A stretch of DNA of 63,939 bases, counting the filler, from Vannella sp. (Eukaryota), in NCBI GenBank assembly GCA_023345925.1. It is 4 parts of 4 records of this genome, joined end to end, with 100 filler letters (N's around TTAATTAATTAA, not from the genome) between each part and the next. Parts side by side here need not be neighbours in the genome. Positions count along the whole stretch, not along the records: positions 50,044 to 58,000 come from JAJQQN010000896.1; positions 58,101 to 63,939 come from JAJQQN010000638.1; 2 more parts are not named here. The stretch is one strand, 5' to 3'. Shown here piece after piece: positions 56,344 through 63,939 of this stretch. The notes below the pieces were generated by a model, which searched no databases, was not told where the DNA came from, and saw nothing but the letters and a program-made list of their open reading frames with translations. Positions within the stretch are counted from its first letter, which is position 1. Each line of letters starts with the position of its first letter. The translations under genes and the position numbers were made by a program.

Positions 56344-56867
56344 ATGCGTCGACGTCGAGAAGATTCAGGGAGAGTGGATCAGTGCTACGAGAAGAGGAGA
56401 AAGAGGTCTTGTTGGAAGGCTTGTGCATGATATCAGACTCACACAGGACGGTAGTGGAATGATCTTCGAAGGTTTCCCCTGGTGAAGCTCTTCTACCTGC
56501 GTCTGAGGCGGCTATCTTTCGTGCCACGTATGATTTAAAGCATGTAACTCAGGAAAAGAAGACTAATCCCCTCACAGACGCCTTGCTGGAGTTCCTCTTC
56601 AGCTTCTCTGTGAGGTTCATCATCAAGCTCGCCCTGTGGATCTTTCTGTTCTACTGGGCAGTTGAGATTGAGTTTGGTGTGGTCTTCTTCGTACTATCCT
56701 GCTTCTACTTTGTCTACGCCAGCATGGGAGACGAATCAGAACAAAAAACGCCCGGAGAACGAGTCAGCGCCTACTCCGTCTTCAACAAAGGAGGTGCCAA
56801 CATCCTCGGTAACTTCGAAACCACCAGCATGGAGAGATCCTTAGGACTTCCTCAGTACTCTGAGTAG
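56344..56867 (+). CDS. SAYSD1: SAYSvFN-domain membrane protein; introns 56406-56454 and 56528-56577
   Basis: EFGVVFF, GERVSAYSVFNKG..ILG. The 5' exons were reconstructed in frame. Confidence 0.85.
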
Positions 56868-56949
56868 CAAGACAAAGAAAGCCGACATCCCCAAAGCCGG
56901 TCCAGAGCTGGCGGTCTGTAAAATAGAAGGAAATGGACTTAATTAAAGA

Positions 56950-57751
56950 TTACAAAAGAGTGCAGACGGACTTCTTCGTTTTGGTCTCAGAAGCTGGCTT
57001 CTCCTTGTCTCCTGTGGTGGAGGGGACTGGCTCCTTCCGTCGACGTACTTCACGCACGAGCTCGCGGAAACATTCATCCACATTGACGTGGTCCTTTGCA
57101 GACGTCTCAAAGAAGGGGCTCTTGAACTGCGCGGCTCTCTGTTCGCCTTCACTCTTCAGGACTTGTCGTTGGTCTTCCAGGTCACACTTGTTCCCGACCT
57201 GTATCCGATAAATGAGTGTAAATTGAGTGTCTCCCTTCTTTGGGAGTAATAAGGGGCGTGCGCACCAGCACCATGGGGACATCAGAGGAATCCTTGATCC
57301 GCTCGATCTTCTTTCTCAGCTCGAGTACTTCGGAGAAGCTCTTCTTGTTGGTGACACTGTACACCACCAAGAATCCTTGTCCCTGTCGAAACCATTGATC
57401 TTGCATGGAGCCTGTAGGCGAAGGAGTCAGAAGAGACGACAAAGCCCATGTCCACCACCCACTGTATTCCTCCTGTCCAGCCGTATCGAGAATATCTAGC
57501 ATACTAACGACATCATCCACAGACACCTGCTTTCTATGGCTATCCTCTGTACGATAGTCAGGCCCCAGCCCAGCGAGAGGCAAAAGCGCGCACCGATTGT
57601 TGGGTCGTACTCCGGCACCCACACGTTGGAGACGTAGGTGATAGTGAGTGCAGACTTTCCCACACCACCAACCCCTACCAGCACCTGCTCAAACGTAAGC
57701 GGTGCAAGCAACGTCCTTTCGAAAGAGACCAACCAGCTTGATCTCCGCCAT
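56950..57751 (-). CDS. Ras-family GTPase; 4 introns
   Basis: [56 protein letters not shown] and CAAX CTLL. Confidence 0.95.
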
Positions 57752-58000
57752 GCGCAAATGCTTCCAACAGCTTCTCTCATTCCTAATCCTTATCATCTTT
57801 AGCGAAATTAATTTCCTCCAGAACCTGTTGGGATGACCCGTGGCTGGGTCCATCTCCAGGATGGTATGTTTCCTGGTTTTGTTGACCCTTTAAGAGGCGC
57901 CCTCCTGGTCTTGGCTGCAAGCGATGATCTCACATCAACAATCTTCATTCTGATGTTCCTGCAATCACTCTCAATCATGCTCGTCTTTGAACCCCTCTCC

Positions 58001-58100
58001 NNNNNNNNNNNNNNNNNNNNNNNNNNNNNNNNNNNNNNNNNNNNTTAATTAATTAANNNNNNNNNNNNNNNNNNNNNNNNNNNNNNNNNNNNNNNNNNNN
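58001..58100. other. Artificial assembly spacer
   Basis: N44-TTAATTAATTAA-N44. Confidence 0.98.
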
Positions 58101-58668
58101 CTGAGCGCCGAAGGAGTCTTGGATCTCCCTTCATCTGAGTTCGCGGGAGTCATCATGGCCAATCTGCGTCCACGCATTTCCGAGTAAGCGAAGAGATTGG
58201 AGCTTCTTTCTCTACTCTCATATGATGGGAGAAGATAAATCTTGCTTTCCTTCCCCCAGCTCCGTCTGTCACAGAATCCTGTGCACCACTTACCACGGCT
58301 TGATTCTTCGATTCATATTCATTCACTCCACAAAAAGACTTTGATGGCATTCAAAGCGCGCGGATTGCCACCTCTCGGAACTCGCAGCAATGAATTTCGC
58401 GATCAGCCTCAAAAAGTATCCCATCCTTCACATCCATGCGAGAAAGTTCAGGACAATCATTGAAGAGGCCATGTTCAGCTGGTTAATGATCACCCAATTT
58501 AATTCGAAATATCTGGGACCATCTCGGGGGGAAATCACTCCAAAATAGGGAAAAGTCCTTGAAGTATTCCTTTACAGGAAAGAAACAATTGGCCTTACTG
58601 GGCGAGGATCTTTGAACAGCCATTTCGGCTTCCACTGTTGCTTGCGGCCACAGTTTTTTTGGTGTCTC

Positions 58669-59890
58669 ATGTCAACAGTAGATAAGAAGACCCCTTCTTC
58701 ACGCATTACCTTTGAGACACTTCAACAATACTTCCACCTCCCCATCAGCGAGGCGTCCACGGAATTAGGCGTTTGCGCTACTGTTTTCAAGAAGGTGTGC
58801 CGTCAGCATGGTATCCCACGGTGGCCTCATCGTAAAGTGAGTCTCTACCATTCTACGAAGGCTTCCCTCCCTGACAACCCAACAGATCAAGAGCCTGAAC
58901 CGGAAGATCGAAGCCTTGGAGCAGGAGCTCCTCCAAAGTACCTCAGAGGCAGAGAAGCAACAACAATCAACTGAACTACTCCTCCTCCAAAGCAAGAGAA
59001 GGGAGATCATCGACACACCAAGCAGCATCGCCCCGACCTACCCGCGCGCCTCCCCTCGCTTTGAGTCAATGCTTACAAACTCCACCAGCAAGACTTACGG
59101 AAGGGGAAGGTTTCACCTTGCAACCCCTCTGGCTATTTCCGAGCCAAGTCCTCGAAGCGACTCCGAACATGAGTTGTCGCCTCGCCTCCTTTCCCAGGAG
59201 CAGAGAGAGCAGTCCCAATCCTTCCCATCGTTGTACCAGAGGTATCCTCCAAGTACCACGCCCAACGCTCCCCAATTACCCAACTCACCTGACATGCGAG
59301 AAGCGGAAAGCTACCAACGCTCTCCTGGAGTCCGAGGATCCTGTCCTGCTGTGCTTGAAGGTATCTCATCACATCAGATGCGCTCCCTTAACAGCATACA
59401 CAGCAACCGGCCTACTTCGGCAGATTTCGGGTACGAGATGAGAGGCTCATCTGAAGGCCCTCGCAGCGATATACACGTCCATCAGCACTACAGCTATGGT
59501 GGTTATCCTGGAAATAGCCCCAGCCCTCTCTACGGGCAAGATGGACACGAGCGAGGACGGTTCCCGAGTTTCTCTTTCGCTCCTTCCCATCCTCTTCCCT
59601 TCCCACAAGGCTACCGGGGTTCCGCTTCTTCTGAGTCGTCGCTTTCCCTTCCCAATGGTGCGTCCTGGCGTCCAAGTCCCTCCTCAAGTTATCACTATTC
59701 TCTTCCCAGTCAGCAGTTCGGTCCTGCAGGCCCACCTGACGACCAGACCTCTCAAAGAGTGAACCAAGACTCCTTTCGCTACCCCCAACACCTGGGTAGC
59801 CTCTCCTTCTTCCCATCTGAAGAGGGGCGAAGTGATCCGTTCCCCTTCTCACTGTCCGGTCATCCTTTTCGCCCTCCCCCCGAGCACTAG
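58669..59890 (+). CDS. RWP-RK domain transcription factor; 1 intron
   Basis: ITFETLQQYFHLPISEASTELGVCATVFKKVCRQHGIPRWPHRK|IKSL, a coiled coil, then a Ser/Pro-rich tail. Confidence 0.93.
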
Positions 59891-60061
59891 CCATGTACAT
59901 ACATCTCCCATCACTTCTGTTGTCCACCCGAACCTCTATCCACGAAGGAAGCAGGGCGAGGACGTCGAAGACAAGCTTAATGAACCAACCCTTTGTGCAA
60001 GGTGGTGATGGGGATTCATTTGAAGTAGAGAGAGTGAGAAGAACCTTCATTTGTTGGGAGG

Positions 60062-61761
60062 ATGGAGACTTGGATCGACGTGGACCACTCCAAAGCGGAC
60101 AAGGAGCGGCGCGTGGCTTTCTACATCGTTGGGACGGCTTTGACGGTGTTGGTGGTGTTGGGTGGGGCATTTCTGTTCATAGCTTCTCTCTCGTCCTTTG
60201 ATGAGGTCTTTGAGGGAGGGAACAAGGTGAGTTTGTGGGTGGGGCGTGGAGAAGTGGATCACTGAGGCATGCTTGCAAGAACCCTCCTTTCTACCAGACG
60301 ATAAGCAAAAGTGGTGTCCTTAAGCATCTCCAGGAGCTCCAAAACATCGCAGAAAAGCACTCCAACTCGCGTTCAGTGAACAACGTAAGCTCTCTCTCGC
60401 TGTGTAGACCGTGCGAACGTTGTCTCACGCAAAGAAGGGATACAACGCGTCTCTGGAATACTTTCAATCTCTACTGCAGAGTCAAACGAAGCTGCGCGTG
60501 TGGGTTCAGCCCTTCACAGTGTCAGAGTTGGTCTATACCAGCGCTCTCTTCACGCAGGAGAGCCCTGTGAGTGCTACCTACATCCAAGGGAAAGACTTCT
60601 CTGTCATACAAGGTAGTTCTGCTGGTACAGTAGCTTCTGCTGTGGTTGCGATCATTGGTACGTGGGAAACCTGATCTCAACCCCCCACACTCGGCTGACA
60701 GGCTCATTTGAGTAGGAAAGGATGGATGCGATAGCTCTCATTACTCTAGTATGCCAGCAGGCTCTGTGGCCCTGGTACCAGGCTACAGTTCATGTCAGGA
60801 CACTGAACGTGCTCAAATTGCCGAGCAGAATGGAGCTGCTGCGATGCTGATCCAAGCGCCTAGGACTCTTTCTGGTCCTTATGAGAACTATGTCGATGCT
60901 GCTCAGGTGACGATCCCCATGCTGGGGATCAGCTATCTGTTAGGGAAGGACTTGGCGAGTCAGTCTCCTTTGGTCACCATTTCTGTCCAAGGAGGCATGC
61001 AAGTTAGCTACACCTCCAATCTGCTCGCAGAAACCACCACAGGAAGTACTGATTCCGTGATTCTGGTGGGTTCACACCTTGATAGTGTCCCGGCTGGTCC
61101 TGGAATCAATGATAACGGGAGTGGAAGCTCTATTAGCTTGGAGATAGCTTTAGAGATGGCCAAACAGGGCATCACTTTCCCTAACCAGATCAGATTCGCT
61201 TGGTGGGGCGCAGAAGAGCTTGGACTTCTTGGGTCCGAGTTCTATGTCAATTCACTTTCTCAAGCGGGTGCGTTCACTGGATGCTAAAGAGGGCTCAACC
61301 CTGACTTTGAAGCAGAGAAAAATGCCATTCAGGTGAACCTGAACTACGACATGGTGGCCTCTCCGAACTACTTCCGGGGAATCATCAATGGGAGCACTGC
61401 GGAGGAATCAGTTCGTTCTGCGTGTGCGAAAGTGAGCGGGATTTACGAGAGTTTCTGGGTGAATCAAGGGATTGCGTACAATTTGGTTCCCTTTGATGGC
61501 AGATCGGACTACGCCTCCTTTCTGAAGGCTGGAATCCCTGCTGGAGGCTTGCATACAGGTTCAGATGAACCTAAGGGTGCCAAAGCGCGTGAGAAATATG
61601 GTGGTTATGCTAATGCTCCCTTTGACCCCTGCTATCATCAATCCTGCGATACTTTGGCCAACCTCAATGTGGAGGTGCTAATGGAAAGTGCCCAATCAGC
61701 CGCAAATATTCTTCAGACACTTGGCCGGCAGTCTAGCCTCAAGTCCTTCTTATCAGGGTGA
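60062..61761 (+). CDS. Membrane-anchored M28 aminopeptidase with PA domain (aminopeptidase Y/SGAP-like); spliced, start uncertain (possibly 59980)
   Basis: GSHLDSVPAGPGINDNGSG, RFAWWGAEELGLLGS, LNYDMVASPN, FDGRSDY and DPCYHQSCD. Confidence 0.92.
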
Positions 61762-61796
61762 TAGTTCATACATGATTGATGTCTCTTTCTCTTTGC

Positions 61797-63519
61797 TTAA
61801 CTATTTTCATTAAGACTGGAATCTCGCGAAAGTGCGACAGCCAGCAAATCCACTAAAGTGGACTTTTCCAGCAGTTGGCATAGCTTTGAAGAGCCGCCGT
61901 CCTCTTCTAGTACTCTTTTGATCCTTTTCAATCCCTCTTCCATGTTGATTTGGGACTGGACATTGGAGACTGCTTCTAGTATGGACAAGTCTGGCTCCTG
62001 TAAAAATTCCTCCTTCTTCGGGTGCACAAGCCGCTCCTCCTCCTAGACAAGGAACTGATGATTAGATGGAGAGATAACAGAACATCACTCTCTTACAGAA
62101 AAGACCTCTGTGTGAGCAATTATTAATGCAGAGACTATCAGAGGACAGAAATGCATTCCAGAGAGTTCTACACTCTCTCCTGGGTCCCGAATTAAAGTAG
62201 GGCCAAAGACAATACCTAAGTTAGCTGTGTTCATCAGGTTCTGTTCTTCAAGCAACTGGATGGAGAAGAGGAAGGTAAAAATGATACCCAAAATTCTCCT
62301 GGTTGTGGGTCGCACAAGACGAAGGGCAGCTTTGACAGCTTCCAAGTCCACGACAGAGTCACAAAAAGAGGCCAGAAGAAGAGGGTAAATCTCGTAGGGG
62401 AAAACAGGAGCCCAGCTCCGACGAAAATACTGTTTGAAAGCGCCAGCCACATCATGAGGCTGCTGAAACTCGCAATACTGGAACTGAAAGTCACTATTCT
62501 GCATCACTTTTTCTAAAATCTTGGCAACGTTATTTGCATTTGCTGAAATCCGGAAGATTCCCTGCTCCTGTGCAACTATCAGAGTGTTAATTACAGACCA
62601 ATTCCTTTGCTGAAGGTCAACTACCATCTAAGTGCGTCATCCACTCGATGAACATGGTAACGATTCGCTCCTCAATGTGGGTAATAACCAAATCCCCTGG
62701 AGGGATGCCCAGTGCTGTATGTGAAGGAGCTTTGATTTCTTTTTGGCCAGTGTTTGACCGCCTCAGGGATGCCAAGAGACCTCCCTGGGAGCCTTTGCGC
62801 TCTCTCCTACTCAAGCGGGAGGTTGTTGGGGAGCGAGACCCATCTGAATCACACCTCTTAGTCTTTGCAAAAACTTCCTGGTGACCATCGTTGCCTTCAG
62901 AAGAAGAACGGACACAGGTAAGTCCCTCTGTGGCAGAGAGACTGGAAGATTTCTGTTTCTCTGGCCGTTCCCCATAGACAAGCGAGCTCTGATTCCTCTT
63001 TTGTAAGTCCGAAAGTCATTTGCTTGGCAATTGCATTGACGAGCGTCTTACCTGGGGCCCAAGGTTGTACTGAGAGATCAAAGAGAGTGGTTCAATCCAG
63101 CTTCCCTTCGCTGTTCGTGTCTCAGGTTGGATGAAGAGAGTAAAGCGATAGATATCGAAGTCTGGAGGCTTGTTTCGGAGGGAAATAAGCAGTCCTTGGC
63201 CAGTAGCCTTCTCCCCAAACTCAATCTCCTCAATAAGACCGGAAGGGAGTACAACGTTCGCCTTCTTCAAAGGAAGATGGTCGCTCTTCGTTCGCAGAAT
63301 GATCACTTCACTCTCTTGAAGTCCATACGACTCCAGAGACTCTCTCGGAAGCATCCAAATACCAAACCGAGGCAAAAACAGGTCGTCCCTCGTGTACTTG
63401 GGATTAGCCTTCCCCTTTAACTTCTTAAACAGATACCGCACAGACGATCTCTCTTCCACTTCCAAAGGAGAGAGTATGCCTCCTCCCTCCTCCTCAAAGA
63501 CCGTCACGGTCACAACCAT
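61797..63519 (-). CDS. RhoGAP with N-terminal ubiquitin-like (FERM F0-like) regions; spliced, start uncertain
   Basis: EQGIFRISA (Arg finger), PHDVAGAFKQYFR and NLMNTANLGIVFGPTLIR. The N-terminus has LFLPRFGIWM..LESYGL. Confidence 0.85.
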
Positions 63520-63939
63520 CCCCTTCTGGTGCCAGCCCAGCAATAAGCCCTAATGTTAAATCTCTTAATACTTCAGTTCATTGCTTAAAAAACTGAAGTT
63601 TTAGATTATAGCTATCAGCTTTACTGAGAGCCCCAAACTCGTCGTCAAGAGGTGGTCCGTTCTCCTTCTCTCGTCCCCGATGAGTTGTTGGTAAAGGAAC
63701 CCTTCTGTGCCTTCTTAGGAATCACCAGGCCAAGCTGACTCCTTTGCGTACGAGTCCCCCCTCATTTCCCCCCATTCATTGGAATGCCCTTTGGCTTCCA
63801 CACGCTTCTCCTCTCCCTCGAAGGGGTCCTTTTGGCTTTTGGAAAGAACAGCGAAGGTCAACTCGGTCTCGGTCACAACAATGAGCAACTCACACCCGCA
63901 ACGGTCCCCTGGAAGGGCCCGCAGCCGGTTCAGGTGGAC

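Noticed and set aside
57650..57690. Apparent natural oncogenic G12V in Ras (VGVGGVGKS)
   Set aside because: Aligned to VGAGGVGKS, the Val is at position 11; G12 and G13 are intact.
461..63519. Functional cluster of small-GTPase signalling genes
   Set aside because: The genes are spread over four contigs of unproven adjacency, and these families are large in amoebae.

Overview
This is gene-dense eukaryotic nuclear DNA, most likely from an amoebozoan protist. That assignment is an inference from a LimE-type LIM protein, spherulin-4, an RWP-RK factor, a WW-MyTH4 myosin and a mitochondrial ribosomal protein. Introns are short (about 40-65 nt) and GT-AG in every case I checked, and the genetic code is standard. 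The window is four contigs (1-18898, 18999-49943, 50044-58000, 58101-63939) joined by artificial N44-TTAATTAATTAA-N44 spacers, so adjacency across gaps is unproven. I can reconstruct about 30 genes, many with only 10-130 nt between them. The strongest leads are: (1) a 1365-aa apparently intronless protein with several collinear FANCA-like blocks; (2) a surface protein joining a bacterial-style beta-helix passenger region, a mucin stalk, a GPS autoproteolysis motif and a single TM helix; (3) a LIM protein whose 32-35-aa repeats each sit on their own symmetric phase-1 exon; (4) a YCAYTY initiator-like motif just before most start codons; (5) a convergent pair of bacterial-type enzyme genes ruined by small deletions and fused at their 3' ends; (6) a receptor kinase with Pmp-type GGAI/FxxN repeats. 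I found no tRNA, rRNA, CRISPR array or intact mobile element. All homology calls come from reading motifs by eye and from recall, not from database searches.
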